This document shows positions 1 to 11,528 of a stretch of DNA of 64,000 bases, piece after piece. The notes beneath the pieces are model-generated. The model did no database searches, had not been told where the DNA came from, and saw only the letters and a list, made by a program, of their open reading frames with translations. Each line of letters begins with the position of its first letter. Positions within the stretch are counted from its first letter, which is position 1. A program made the position numbers and the translations under genes. The stretch comes from an uncultured Candidatus Saccharimonadales bacterium. Its GTDB lineage: Bacteria; Patescibacteriota; Saccharimonadia; UBA4664. Where the stretch lies: NCBI GenBank assembly GCA_964609585.1, contig CAZSRA010000001.1, positions 45,816-109,815 on the forward strand. The letters are read 5' to 3'.

Positions 1-2
1 AA

Positions 3-3000
3 ATTTATGTAAATACGTCTGGTACGGCCCACACGGTGGCCGCGACTGATAGCGCAGCGAGCGGGGCGACGACGCTTTCGGCTGAGGCGATTAACCTGAC
101 GGGTACCGATAACGCTAGTGGCTCGAACGCCCTAACGGGTCTTAATTTCGGAAACGTGACGGCGCACACAAACAACAGCTACTACGGTCTCAATTTTGGC
201 ACTGGTTTGACGGACATTCTGCGCTACAACAACACGACGCAGTTGATCTCGGGAACGGGGATTTTGCAAAATGCGGCGATTGGGTCGGGGGTAAACTATT
301 CGAACCTAACGCAAGTGGGAACGCTTACAAGTGGGGCGTTGGGGACGGGTTTTACCACTGTGGCGCCGGCTCAGGGTGGCACGGGGCAAACGACGTATAC
401 GGATGGGCAACTCCTGATTGGTAATTCGACTGGCAATACGCTTACCAAAGCCACACTTACCGGGACGGCAAACCGCCTGAGCGTGACGAATGGTAGCGGT
501 TCGATCACGCTGAATGTAGATACAACGCAGTTTCCGAGCTCGGCTGGGGCGAATACGGTTTTGGTGTCGTCTGGTGCGAATGCAGCGAGTTGGGTGGCCA
601 ATACAGCTGCCAATGTCTGCTCGGACTGTATCGTGAAAGTGCCGGCGGTGGGGCAAAACGTGATTGCGCCGACGGCAGCTAGCGTGGTGGGTCTGACCGT
701 GAAGGGGACGACGAACGGGACAACCGGCAATGTGCTCGAGATCTTTAATGCTAATGCGTCGCCAACGCGGCAGGATTTCTTTGATGCGGCTGGATCTTTG
801 AATGTGGCTCAGGTAGTCCAGCCGACGACTAACAATGCGGTTGACTTGGGTGTGTCGGGTACGGCGTTTCGAACGGGCTATTTTGGTACCAGCGTGCTAG
901 CACCTACATTTGATACGCCAAGTGGTACGACGACGCTCAATGTGGGCACGACGAATGCGACGGCAGGCATAAACTTGAATCAATCAACGACGGTGGCGGC
1001 TAATAAGAACCTTACCTTGGCGGGTGGGGCGGGTACGTTTAGCCAAGCTTACACATCGGCTTCGGTGTCGAGCGCACAGGTGGTTTCGATTACGAACACC
1101 AATACGGGTGCCGGGGTGGCGATCCAGGGAGTGGACTTGACGCCCAATAACACTGCGACGGCGACTTCGGGCTCGAATGTCGTGAATGTGGTGAACTTTA
1201 ATGGTAGCGGGGCTCTAGGCGGCACGGATATCACGAACGGGATTAACTTTGCGTCGGCGACGGGATACACGAATTATTTGAAGACGCCGACGGCGGTGCT
1301 AACAAGTGGCGGCGCGTTTACGGGTTTGACGGGGGTGACGCTTGCGAGTGGGAATATAACGACGCCTGGGAATATTTCCACGAGTAGTAGCGGGACGATA
1401 ACTTCGGCTAGTACGGTGACGGTAGGTTCGTTTGCGGCGGCGACGAGTAATGTGGTGTGCTCGAATGCGGGGACGTTGTCTACTTGTAATGCTAACCCGT
1501 CGGGCGTGACGCTGCAGCAAGCGTATAACGCAGGAAATACGATCCTAACGGGTGCTAACGATATTGCGTTTACGCTTGCGGGTAGCCAAAACTTCACGGT
1601 GGCGACGGCGGCAGCGGCGACGGGATCAACGACGTTTTCGTTGACGAATGGCTCAAATCCAACGCCGCCAGCTCAGTTGGTCTTGATAACGAATAATGAT
1701 ACAGATCAAACGTTGGCGGCAGGACTGAAGGTGACGAGCGCGGCCGGGACGATTACGACCGCGATTGATGTGTCTGGGGCAAACTTTACGAACGCGATTG
1801 CGCTGGGTGCGAATAAGGTGCTGGGTGGGGCGGCGTCGATTGCGTTTACGAACTTTACAGTGTCGGGTGCGGGCGCGGTGGTGGGTGTGGGCGTGAATTC
1901 GGGGACGGGTCTTTTGCAGGGGACAGGTGGGTTGACGGTGACGGGTGCCACGAACATTAATGCAACCGGTACAGCGCTCACGAATTTGGGGAACTCAACT
2001 GGGGTGCTAACGGTGGCATCGGGTGGGTCGAGTGCTTGGGCGAATACGGCTGGGAATTTGGCGATTTCAACGGTGACGTCGGGCAACATCAGTGTGGCCT
2101 CGGTGGGAACCTTAGCTCTTTCGGGTACTAATTTTACCTTATCGACGGCAGGAGCGGTGACGCTGCTTGGTGGGCAGACGGCGGACATCACGACACTCGC
2201 CGGTGCGGCGCCGACAGCTTTGGTTTTCCAGCCTGGTAGTAATAATACGGCGACTTCGACGGGAGCAGCGTTTACGCTCCAGGCGGGTAATGATTCGGGA
2301 ACGACGGCTTCGACGGGCGGGCTTTTGACGCTTAAAGGTGGTAATGCTACGGGTTCTGCGCAGGTTGGGGGCGGGGTGACGATTGACTCGGGCAGTGGGA
2401 CGACGGGGGGTGCGATTGCGGTGGGGACAGCGAATGCTGCGTCGCTTGCGCTTGGCCGTAGCGGGGTAACAACGACGGCGAATGGAACGCTGCAAGTCGG
2501 GGCATCGGCAGGAACTGGGGCGTTTGTAAATAACGGCACCACGAAGAACGCGACGCTAGCGATTGGCGATACGGCTTCGGGGCCGATTGGTTCGGCTGCG
2601 ACTACGGTGGATATTTACACTTCCTTTACCATTAATCAGACTACAACGGTGGGTGCGACGTTGACGGTGCCAACGCCTACCGCGGGGGCAGGGCCTTCCA
2701 CGGGACGAGTGATTTATGTGGCGAACATTGGTACGAAGGGCTTTACGCTGCTAACGGGGGGAGCTACTTTGAGTCCGAGTAGTAGTGCCACCCTGGTGTT
2801 TAACGGCACTGCTTGGACGTTTGCTGGAGCGGATGGGAGTGGAATTTTGAATCAAAACACCACGGACCAGACGGCTGATTTTCGGATTTCGGGGACGGGC
2901 CGGGCGAATACCAGCTTCATTTCGCCAACGTTTGACGCGATTGCGGCGGGGACTTTGAATTTTGGTAACGCGACGGCGACGACGATTCAGGTGGGTACAA

Positions 3001-6000
3001 ATGGTGCGAGTAACCCGATTATCAATTTGGACTCCGGTACAAGCAACATCAACATTGGTACGGGTGGACAGGCGCGGACGATTGCGATAGGAACAGGTGC
3101 ATCGGTGGTGCAGACGATTAATATTGGCGGGAACGGCTCTAATGTGATTGGCCTCGGTAATGCACAGGCGTCGGGGTCGGTAGGCATCGGAACGGCCATG
3201 ACTACCGGTAGCGTGACCATTGGTGGTGGTACGAGCGCGACTACTACTTTGCAGGCAGGGTCGGGCAACATTAATTTGAATGCTGCTGCGGTGGCTACGA
3301 ATCAGACGACGATCGCTCTCTTTAATGCGACGGCTACGACGGTGAACGCTTTTGGCGCGGCAACTGCAATTACGATGGGGACGACGAATGCAGTGGTGAC
3401 ATACGGTGGCGGTGCGGCAGCTACTTTGCGGACGAGTGGGGGCGCACTAACGGTGACATCGGCGGCGGCGGCTACCTGGAGCACGGCGGCTGGGGCATTG
3501 ACGATATCGGGTGCCGGTGGGGCGACGGTGACTTCGGGCAATGTCTCTGGGGCAGCTACAAATGACGTACTTTTGACATCCGGTAACGTGACCTCAGGGG
3601 CGTTTGCTTCGGGTAACGCGAAAGTGGATGTGGGTACTTCAACGGGTACAACGGGCACGGTAAGCATTGGGGCAACGAATGCCAGCGGGGTGACGATTGG
3701 GAGGTCGACGACCACCACGACGAACGTGGGTAACTTAACGACGGGTACGGCGGGGAGCTCAGTATTTACCAACAACAGTGCCACATTGAATACGGCGCTG
3801 GCGTTAGGGGATTTGGCGACAGGTTTCATGGGTGCCTCGGCGGCAGCTACGGTGGACGTGTACACGGCGTTTACCATCGCGCCGGCGGCTTCGGGGCGAT
3901 CTTACACGATACGATCACCCACGAGCACGGCGGCTGGACGGGTGATTTATGTGAGCAATATTCATGCCACGAGTAGTTTTACCTTGGTGGCTAACTCGAG
4001 CGTTTTGATTAATCCGGGGGTGACGGCCACGCTGGTATGGAATGGGGCGGCGTGGACGTTTGCCGGGACGGACGCGAGTAGTTTGCAGGCGGCGTACAAC
4101 AACTCGACTGATCCGGAAATTACGTTGGGACCGGCTTCGACCGCAGGTATTTCGATTCGAGATAATGCAACGCCGATTAGTGGAAACTTGCTAGAGGTCC
4201 AAAACAATGGTGGTACTACTTCGTATCTGGCCGTGACGGCAGCGGCGGCAACGCTGAATAATGATTTGCTGTTCGTAAAAGAGACGAACCACAAAATCCA
4301 GATTAGTGATTCGACAACTGCGGCAGCGGCTGGAGGTAATCTGACGGTGCAGGCGGCAGCGGGTAACACCTCTGGGCTAGGCGGCAACTTGGTACTCAAC
4401 GCGGGTGCCGGTGGGAATGCGGCGGCCGGCGGACAAGTACAGATTACGGCTGGGGCAGCGGGTGGCGGCAATAATAATGGTGGCCAGGCTTATTTGCAGG
4501 GTGGTACGGCTACTGGCAGCGGAACGGGGGGCACGGCCAGCCTCTTGGGCGGTCTGGCGAACTCGACGGCTGGTTCGTTGTCGGTAGGTGGGGCTGTGGC
4601 AATAACGGGGCAAACCGGTGCTACCGGCTTGAATGCGACCTCGGGTGCAGCGGGTGGTGCCGTGACGATTACCAGTGGATCTGGTGGTGCGGGTACGGTT
4701 ACAAACTCTTCGGGTGGCAATGCGGCAGATGTGGTGATTACCGCTGGAAATGGTGGAGCGGCTACCGGATCGGGGACGAATGGTAATGGTGGAAATGTGC
4801 GAATAACCGCGGGTAATGCTGGCGGTACGGCCAATGGTACGCCTGGTGTGGTGCAGATTGATACACCGGTATTTACGGCCAACACTGAGACGTTTACGCA
4901 GACGTCGAATAACCAGGCATTTAACTCGGGCACAGATCCGGCACTTCAGACGAATATCGATAGCTTTAGCACGATCGTTATGAATGTGACGGGTGCTTTT
5001 TCAGGCGCCACCATTACGGTTCCGTCGCCCCGCAATACCTTGTCGGGCCGGGTGGTTTACATTACGGTAGCAAACGGATCGGTGTCGTTTACGATGTCGG
5101 CCACGAGTATGCCGAACTTGAACATGTTGCCGAATGATATTGCGATGCTGGTATGGAATGGAACGAACTGGACAGCCAGTATTGCCGCGAACTCATTGCA
5201 ACAGGTGTACAACAGTACTTCGACGGCGCCGGCTTCGATTGTAACGACATCGACGACGAAGACTATTACGGTACAGGCAGGGGCTGGATTTAACGCCGCG
5301 AACTTGTTTGTGGTGGCTAACTCTAATAGCTCGAGCGTGATAGCGGTGGATTCAACGCCGATTAACACGATTATTTCGAATCAGAGCTTTGAGGGTCCGA
5401 GTGTGGCTGGTTGGACGTATTCGGGGACGCCGGGTAGCGTGGCCACTAACTCAACTGAGCACTATATTGGCGCGAGTAGCATGGCTGTGACTACCACAAA
5501 CAATACGAACCAGGGTGCGAAATATGTGACGGGCAATACTTCGCCAACTCAGCTGGCCGTTTCCACGACTTACACGTTGTCGTGGTACGCAAAATCGTCG
5601 AACGCTTTTACTGATATGATGGCGGCCTATGCTCGTGCGGGTAGTGCTGAAACTCAGACATGTACGCCGAGTGATCAGGTGGTGTCAACGAGCGGTTGGA
5701 AGCGGTTTACCTGCTCGTTTACGACTGATAGCACAGCGCCAGCCTCGACGGCGTTCATTGTGATCCGCGATACGGCGGCGAGTGTGCGTACCTTCTATGT
5801 GGATGGGGTGCAGATTGAAGCAGCGGCCGTGGCGAACCCATTTCATGAAGCGGCGGTGCAGTTAAACGGAGTGGTGACTTCGCCGGTGGCATTGCAGAAT
5901 GCGAGCGATTCTACTACGGCGCTCCTTATACAGAACTCGACGGCATCGAACACGCTTTTGCGGGTGGATACGCTCAATAACGTGCTCGTAATGGGTGATT

Positions 6001-6617
6001 CTACCAATAATGTGACGATTGCCTCTACTCGCGAGCCGACGTTGAACGGCACGGCACGGCATGCAAAATCAATTCGGCTGAATGCAGAATATGCAGGTGC
6101 GATTCTCGATACTGGCGGTTCGTCGAGCATTTTGGGAACGATGACGGCGGCGATTGATACGGGGCAGAATCCGGACCTGACATACTACAAATGGACGACG
6201 TCTCAGGCGACAGCTCAAAGCTATGATGTGGTGGTGAACGTGCCGGTGCCGGATGATTGGGCGGCTTGGACAGGTAGCCCGACGTTTAAGGTGTACACCA
6301 GTGGTGGTACGGGTTATAGCGTAGTCGCGACGATTACAGAGACGAACGGCACCACGAACGACCCGAGCTATAACACGTTTACTATGTTGGATGGTAGCCA
6401 CAACAACACGACGGCGACGTGGCTGACGGTGAGCAACCCGAACGGAGCGACGTACACCAATAATACGACGGCGCCGGCGCTAGCTTCGGGTGCGGCGTAT
6501 GCGGCGGGTGGGATTATGACAGTGCGGATTCACTTGGTGGCGGCACCGCCGGTGTCGAATGTGGCGCAGGAGGTACGGATTGGCGACATTACCTTCCCAT
6601 ACGTGAGCCGGTGGTAG
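3..6617 (+). CDS. Giant Gly/Thr/Ala/Ser-rich surface fibre/adhesin (5'-truncated)
   Basis: The frame is open from base 3 (IYVNTSGTAHTV), so the start lies upstream of the window. Three repeats of GRV(I/V)Y(V/I)...LV(W/F)NG; three LQxxYN motifs; CBM4/9-like domain (NQSFEG...YTLSWYAK...YVDGVQIE). Confidence 0.8.
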   Translation: MYVNTSGTAHTVAATDSAASGATTLSAEAINLTGTDNASGSNALTGLNFGNVTAHTNNSYYGLNFGTGLTDILRYNNTTQLISGTGILQNAAIGSGVNYSNLTQVGTLTSGALGTGFTTVAPAQGGTGQTTYTDGQLLIGNSTGNTLTKATLTGTANRLSVTNGSGSITLNVDTTQFPSSAGANTVLVSSGANAASWVANTAANVCSDCIVKVPAVGQNVIAPTAASVVGLTVKGTTNGTTGNVLEIFNANASPTRQDFFDAAGSLNVAQVVQPTTNNAVDLGVSGTAFRTGYFGTSVLAPTFDTPSGTTTLNVGTTNATAGINLNQSTTVAANKNLTLAGGAGTFSQAYTSASVSSAQVVSITNTNTGAGVAIQGVDLTPNNTATATSGSNVVNVVNFNGSGALGGTDITNGINFASATGYTNYLKTPTAVLTSGGAFTGLTGVTLASGNITTPGNISTSSSGTITSASTVTVGSFAAATSNVVCSNAGTLSTCNANPSGVTLQQAYNAGNTILTGANDIAFTLAGSQNFTVATAAAATGSTTFSLTNGSNPTPPAQLVLITNNDTDQTLAAGLKVTSAAGTITTAIDVSGANFTNAIALGANKVLGGAASIAFTNFTVSGAGAVVGVGVNSGTGLLQGTGGLTVTGATNINATGTALTNLGNSTGVLTVASGGSSAWANTAGNLAISTVTSGNISVASVGTLALSGTNFTLSTAGAVTLLGGQTADITTLAGAAPTALVFQPGSNNTATSTGAAFTLQAGNDSGTTASTGGLLTLKGGNATGSAQVGGGVTIDSGSGTTGGAIAVGTANAASLALGRSGVTTTANGTLQVGASAGTGAFVNNGTTKNATLAIGDTASGPIGSAATTVDIYTSFTINQTTTVGATLTVPTPTAGAGPSTGRVIYVANIGTKGFTLLTGGATLSPSSSATLVFNGTAWTFAGADGSGILNQNTTDQTADFRISGTGRANTSFISPTFDAIAAGTLNFGNATATTIQVGTNGASNPIINLDSGTSNINIGTGGQARTIAIGTGASVVQTINIGGNGSNVIGLGNAQASGSVGIGTAMTTGSVTIGGGTSATTTLQAGSGNINLNAAAVATNQTTIALFNATATTVNAFGAATAITMGTTNAVVTYGGGAAATLRTSGGALTVTSAAAATWSTAAGALTISGAGGATVTSGNVSGAATNDVLLTSGNVTSGAFASGNAKVDVGTSTGTTGTVSIGATNASGVTIGRSTTTTTNVGNLTTGTAGSSVFTNNSATLNTALALGDLATGFMGASAAATVDVYTAFTIAPAASGRSYTIRSPTSTAAGRVIYVSNIHATSSFTLVANSSVLINPGVTATLVWNGAAWTFAGTDASSLQAAYNNSTDPEITLGPASTAGISIRDNATPISGNLLEVQNNGGTTSYLAVTAAAATLNNDLLFVKETNHKIQISDSTTAAAAGGNLTVQAAAGNTSGLGGNLVLNAGAGGNAAAGGQVQITAGAAGGGNNNGGQAYLQGGTATGSGTGGTASLLGGLANSTAGSLSVGGAVAITGQTGATGLNATSGAAGGAVTITSGSGGAGTVTNSSGGNAADVVITAGNGGAATGSGTNGNGGNVRITAGNAGGTANGTPGVVQIDTPVFTANTETFTQTSNNQAFNSGTDPALQTNIDSFSTIVMNVTGAFSGATITVPSPRNTLSGRVVYITVANGSVSFTMSATSMPNLNMLPNDIAMLVWNGTNWTASIAANSLQQVYNSTSTAPASIVTTSTTKTITVQAGAGFNAANLFVVANSNSSSVIAVDSTPINTIISNQSFEGPSVAGWTYSGTPGSVATNSTEHYIGASSMAVTTTNNTNQGAKYVTGNTSPTQLAVSTTYTLSWYAKSSNAFTDMMAAYARAGSAETQTCTPSDQVVSTSGWKRFTCSFTTDSTAPASTAFIVIRDTAASVRTFYVDGVQIEAAAVANPFHEAAVQLNGVVTSPVALQNASDSTTALLIQNSTASNTLLRVDTLNNVLVMGDSTNNVTIASTREPTLNGTARHAKSIRLNAEYAGAILDTGGSSSILGTMTAAIDTGQNPDLTYYKWTTSQATAQSYDVVVNVPVPDDWAAWTGSPTFKVYTSGGTGYSVVATITETNGTTNDPSYNTFTMLDGSHNNTTATWLTVSNPNGATYTNNTTAPALASGAAYAAGGIMTVRIHLVAAPPVSNVAQEVRIGDITFPYVSRW

Positions 6618-6620
6618 GGT

Positions 6621-9600
6621 TTGATACTGAGAGCGCGACAGATTATGCTTATGGTAATGAGTGATGGAGCCCAGAAATTTTGGCGTAGGTTGATGCTGGA
6701 GCGCAGGCGGGCGCTGGGTTCGGCTGCGCGCCTGCGAGCTAGGGGCTGGCAAGGAGTCAAACGGGTCGACATTCGAAAGCCGCTTCATGCGTTATCGATA
6801 GCTGTGATACTAGCTGGAATCGTAGCGCCAATTGCGGATTGGGTGGCGACCAACGAGCAATATCGGATGAGTGACGCTATTAAAGCAGTAGCGGAGAGTG
6901 CGGCACCGGATTTTGAGAATAAGTTGCTGTATGACGGGTCTAAGCATGCCAGCATTTTTAATGCAGCAGGTGGGGATGTGGGTAAGGACGCCCTGGCTGG
7001 GGAGGTAGGTGGCGGGAAAAATCAGCTTTATACGAGTACGCTGCCGGATGATCCGTCGCAGGGAGTTGAAGTAGCGGACAATGTGAACCATGTGTCGGTA
7101 AGATTTGTGCCGCAGATGGGGCTTTTGGGTGGGCGCACCGAGAATGGGCATGTGGTGTATCCGCTCAAAGACGCAGCCGGGCAAATGATTTTTACGCCCA
7201 AAGGCAACGGATTGAAGGAAGATATTGTTTTAACAACTGCGCCGAAGAACGACGTGGTGGAATTTCATTATCATTTAGTGTTTCCGAGTTCACTCGTGGC
7301 CCGGCTGGAAGATGATGGGAGCATTGGGTTTTATAGTGGTGACCCGCAGCTGTTTGGCAACATTAGCTATGGGAGCGACAAAGACCGAGCGGCGGTGGAT
7401 AAGGCTCGTGAGAATTCCCCAAAGACGTACCTGATGTTTAGGATTCCGGCGCCGCGAATACGGGAGACCGGTAAGAGCACGACTGTGGCGGCGCGGTTTA
7501 ACCTGAGTGGAAACGATTTGACGGTGAGAGCGGCGGGTCTGGGTAAGGCCCATTATCCGCTTTCGATCGACCCAACGTTTTTGCTGACGTCGACGGCGGA
7601 TTTTGTGTTGGGCTCAATTGATGACAACATTGATCTTTCGGTAGCAAACCAGGTGGGGCGGCAGGCCTTGGTGGGTGGGTCGACACCAGGCTGGACGGCT
7701 CTTGCAGCACCGAACCTTACGTATGCGAACTTTGCTTCGTCGCTCGTGGCCTACAACGGATTTTTGTATCTGATTGGTGGTGGTAGTGGCAACAACACCA
7801 CGAATGGTGGGGCCGGTGCTTCGGGTACAACGAGTAATGATGTGCGTTATATTTGTTTGAACCCGACCACGGGGGCGCTCGGGACGAACGGTGGTTGTAC
7901 GCCGGCGGCCTGGACCAACACGGGCAACTCGCTTTTGGGGACGGCGCGCCAGGGATTGGTGGCATTTGGTTTTAATGGGTATTTGTACGCGATTGGTGGA
8001 GAAGACAATAGCGGCAACCCTATCACGACAGCGTCGGGTCACACGGTGGAATACGCCAAGATTAACTCGGACGGGACGGTGGGGACGTGGAATTATGGGT
8101 CGAGTTTGAATACGGCGCGGAGTTATCCGGCGGGGGCGATTTATCAGGGAATTTTGTATGTGATGGGGGGTACAAGCGCCAACAATAACACGACGCCGGT
8201 GTCGACGATTGAATGGGCGCGGATAAAAGGTGACGGGACGCTTGGCACCTGGACGCAATCGACGTCGTCGGCGACGGGGAATTTAACAAGTGCGCGGAGT
8301 AAGTTTCAAGGGGGAGCTTATAACGGATTTGTGTATGTGTCCGGAGGGCAGACTTCTTCGACGACGGTTATTAATACCATCCAGTATGCGCCGATTCACA
8401 GCGATGGGTCGCTCGGCGCGTGGGTGACGACGACGGCGTTTCCGACGGCCAGACGAGATCATGGTATGGCCATTAATAATGGCTATGTGTATGTGTTTGC
8501 CGGGTGTACGGGGGCGGCGGAGCCGTGTGCGAGCTTCATTAAGGATATGCAGTACGCGGTGATTAATCCGGATGGGAGTATTGGGCAATGGCAGAGTTCG
8601 TTGCCCTATGACAGTGGGCACGTCGACAATGTGGCCGATTATAACACGCGTATGCCGGCGGGGGTAACGTCGTACAGTAACCACCTTTATTTTGTGGGTG
8701 GATGCAGTGCTGAGACGGCTACGAATAACTGTGGAACGCAGCTGGTGGGAACGTTTATTTCCAATATTGATGCGGTGGGGCGGTTTGACCAGGGGTTGTC
8801 GAACTTGCAGACGACGGTGCCGTACAACAATAATGCATCGACAGTGGCGCGCATGGGCGGTGGGGCGGTGGCGCTCAATGGGTATTTGTACTACATCAGT
8901 GGGTCGGCGACATCGGGTGGAACGGCGTATTCGAGCGTCGTTGAGGATACGCCGATTAATGCCGATGGAACGCTCGGGACGTTTTCCACGACAACGGCTT
9001 TGCCAGCGTCGGTGGCGGGGGACAATGCTGGACGCGTGGGATTTACGGTGGCGGCGTACAATAATAAGATTTATGTGATTGGTGGCGTGGAGTTGCTCAC
9101 GGCAGGTGGGGACAACTTCATGAAGTATGTGCTCACGGGCACACAAGGTTCGTCGGGGGCGATTACGGGCTGGGTGGTAGAAACGAATACGATCCCGCGG
9201 TTTGTGGGCTCGACTAGTGATGGTGTTGGGTATCATACGACGGTGCAGTGGCACAACTACATTTATGTTATTGGTGGCTTCAACGGCACCCAGGTGAGCG
9301 CGGATATTATGTATTCGCAAATTCAATCCAACGGGACGCTTGGGACCTGGAATACTACTACCAATGGACTGTCGCAGGCGCGATGGGCAGCTGCGGGGGG
9401 GATTTGGGGGAATTGGTTGTACGCCGTCGGAGGAGAGGCGAACGCGGCCGGGACAACATTTGTGGGCACAACGGGCGCCAACCACGCGGTGGAGCAATTT
9501 ACCATTCAAAGTAACGGCAATATTACCTCGGCCTCTACGGGGTATGCATATCCGATATCGCAGCGGCATGCAAATGGGTTTGTGCAAAATGGGTATTTGT

Positions 9601-11378
9601 ACACCTTTGGGGGCATTACGAGTGGTTCAACGGCCGCGACCAATAACATTTACTGGGCACGGCTGGATCCCAGTACGGGTGGACCGGCAACTTTTGTGAA
9701 TACAAATATTGGTAATACCCCTGCGGGCACAGCGGGGCTGACGACGGCTCGGCATCAGATCGCTGCGGTGACAGCAAATGGGGTGATGTATATTCTCGGA
9801 GGATGCACGAGTACCCTGGCGCTAGGGGCAACAAACTTTGACGCCTGTACGGCTTTTGTGACTACGGCGCACACGACGGAAGTATTTTTGCCAAATAATG
9901 GCGGGACGGGGGACGTAAATGCGTTTAGTTCGGCTACGGCACTTTCGACGGCCACGGCGGATCATGCGACGGTGGCGTATAACGGCGTTTTGTACGAGAT
10001 TGGTGGGTGTACCGCGTATACCACGGGCGTGTGTACATCGGGGTCGAACTCGAACGCGATTTCGCAGGCGCCGATTAATCCGGATACGGCGACTGCGCCG
10101 GGGCAGCTGGGGAGCTGGTCGACTTCGGCAACGACGATTCCGGTGGCGGGGCGGTCGCTGCTTCAGGCAGTGGCGTATAACGGGTATCTGTATGTGATTG
10201 GCGGTCGGACGGATTCCACGGCGGCGGTTGGGACTGTGGCATATACGACGATTGGTAGTACCGGAACCCTCGGGACTTCGTGGAATAATGCCGACCTCCC
10301 GAGTGGTGCGGAGCGCAATGCCTTTGGGGCGACGGTTTTGAACGGCTTTATTTATGTGGCGGGTGGCGATAACGGCTCCGGGACGAAGAAGAGTGACGTG
10401 TATTATGCGCAGATTAGTACTGTGGACGGAAGTCTGGGGACATGGACACAGAATACCAACTCGTTTACGACGGCGCGGTCGGCCTTGAGCGTGGTGGGTT
10501 ATAACGGGCGGCTGTATGTGATTGGAGGAACAGATGGTACGAATACTTTGACGGATGTGCAGTTCGCGACTCAAGCGAATGATGGGTCGCTTGGGACGTT
10601 TAGCTACACCGGGGATGTGTCGAGGGGTATGAGTTTTAGGCAAGCGGTGGGGGCGAATGGCTACTTGTATTTTGTGGGCGATGAAGGCGACGGTACGGAA
10701 CTTCAGTATGCGGACATTAATGCCAATGGAACGCTTGGGCCGATGAGCCGGGCAACGCACGTGATGGCTGGGGCTCATGCGCATGGGGCCATGTCGTGGT
10801 TTGGTGGGTTTTTCTACGAAATTGGTGGCTGTACGATGACGGCAGGTGCATGTACGACGGGCGGGCTTTTGACATCCGACGAGTTTGCGGGCCAGGAAGT
10901 GATTTCGCGAGTGGGGCATTATTCGAAATTGTTTAATACGCAGGTGGATACATCGCCGACGCAGCTGGTAATTAATGGGGCCAACAATGGACCTGGGGCG
11001 GCGGTGGAGTTTAAACTGCAAACGGCGAGCTCGGCGGACCCGGTGTTGGGCGTGGCGCAATTGATTCGGCCGGTGATTTTTAACAATTTCTACAATGTGC
11101 AGGCGTTGAACTCGAGCGGCGCGAATGTGGGGGTGGCGCTGAACTATCTATTTTTGATCACGCTTGATGACAGCCGGTCTGGGACGTTTCCGGATGTGTC
11201 TTACGCTGGGGCGACCGGTTTTGCGCAGACGGCCGTAACAGATATTACCTTGTACTACCACGCAAACCCGGGTCGTCGCCTCAGGCACGGAGCGTCGTTT
11301 ACGTCGACGGACTGCAACCCGGCGATTCCGGCATCATTGCCGTCGACGGCGGGGTGTTTGCTCGATACGGCGCCGTAA
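6621..11378 (+). CDS. Large membrane-anchored/secreted Kelch-like repeat protein (about 18 blades)
   Basis: N-terminal hydrophobic segment, a KEDIVL...YPLSIDPT domain, then 18 counted repeats of the type NGYLYxIGG...YAxINxDGxLGxW. Exact start uncertain. Confidence 0.8.
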   Translation: MILRARQIMLMVMSDGAQKFWRRLMLERRRALGSAARLRARGWQGVKRVDIRKPLHALSIAVILAGIVAPIADWVATNEQYRMSDAIKAVAESAAPDFENKLLYDGSKHASIFNAAGGDVGKDALAGEVGGGKNQLYTSTLPDDPSQGVEVADNVNHVSVRFVPQMGLLGGRTENGHVVYPLKDAAGQMIFTPKGNGLKEDIVLTTAPKNDVVEFHYHLVFPSSLVARLEDDGSIGFYSGDPQLFGNISYGSDKDRAAVDKARENSPKTYLMFRIPAPRIRETGKSTTVAARFNLSGNDLTVRAAGLGKAHYPLSIDPTFLLTSTADFVLGSIDDNIDLSVANQVGRQALVGGSTPGWTALAAPNLTYANFASSLVAYNGFLYLIGGGSGNNTTNGGAGASGTTSNDVRYICLNPTTGALGTNGGCTPAAWTNTGNSLLGTARQGLVAFGFNGYLYAIGGEDNSGNPITTASGHTVEYAKINSDGTVGTWNYGSSLNTARSYPAGAIYQGILYVMGGTSANNNTTPVSTIEWARIKGDGTLGTWTQSTSSATGNLTSARSKFQGGAYNGFVYVSGGQTSSTTVINTIQYAPIHSDGSLGAWVTTTAFPTARRDHGMAINNGYVYVFAGCTGAAEPCASFIKDMQYAVINPDGSIGQWQSSLPYDSGHVDNVADYNTRMPAGVTSYSNHLYFVGGCSAETATNNCGTQLVGTFISNIDAVGRFDQGLSNLQTTVPYNNNASTVARMGGGAVALNGYLYYISGSATSGGTAYSSVVEDTPINADGTLGTFSTTTALPASVAGDNAGRVGFTVAAYNNKIYVIGGVELLTAGGDNFMKYVLTGTQGSSGAITGWVVETNTIPRFVGSTSDGVGYHTTVQWHNYIYVIGGFNGTQVSADIMYSQIQSNGTLGTWNTTTNGLSQARWAAAGGIWGNWLYAVGGEANAAGTTFVGTTGANHAVEQFTIQSNGNITSASTGYAYPISQRHANGFVQNGYLYTFGGITSGSTAATNNIYWARLDPSTGGPATFVNTNIGNTPAGTAGLTTARHQIAAVTANGVMYILGGCTSTLALGATNFDACTAFVTTAHTTEVFLPNNGGTGDVNAFSSATALSTATADHATVAYNGVLYEIGGCTAYTTGVCTSGSNSNAISQAPINPDTATAPGQLGSWSTSATTIPVAGRSLLQAVAYNGYLYVIGGRTDSTAAVGTVAYTTIGSTGTLGTSWNNADLPSGAERNAFGATVLNGFIYVAGGDNGSGTKKSDVYYAQISTVDGSLGTWTQNTNSFTTARSALSVVGYNGRLYVIGGTDGTNTLTDVQFATQANDGSLGTFSYTGDVSRGMSFRQAVGANGYLYFVGDEGDGTELQYADINANGTLGPMSRATHVMAGAHAHGAMSWFGGFFYEIGGCTMTAGACTTGGLLTSDEFAGQEVISRVGHYSKLFNTQVDTSPTQLVINGANNGPGAAVEFKLQTASSADPVLGVAQLIRPVIFNNFYNVQALNSSGANVGVALNYLFLITLDDSRSGTFPDVSYAGATGFAQTAVTDITLYYHANPGRRLRHGASFTSTDCNPAIPASLPSTAGCLLDTAP

Positions 11379-11385
11379 AGGTGCT

Positions 11386-11472
11386 AGCTATCGGAATAAT
11401 AATATCGGTTGCTGCGGAACTCGCTGAGCTCAGACAGTCCTCGCTAACCGATATATTATTATTCTTTTAGCT
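11386..11472. repeat. Long imperfect palindrome (REP/MITE-like or terminator)
   Basis: GAATAATAATATCGGTT (11394-11410) pairs with AACCGATATATTATTATTC (11446-11464) with a 2-nt bulge; outer AGCTA/TAGCT; structured core GGAACTCGCTGAGCTCAGACAGTCC. Confidence 0.6.
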
Positions 11473-11528
11473 TTGTCGCCCGATAATGTGCCGGGCTCCT
11501 TGGCTACGGACATGGTAGAATAACGCTA

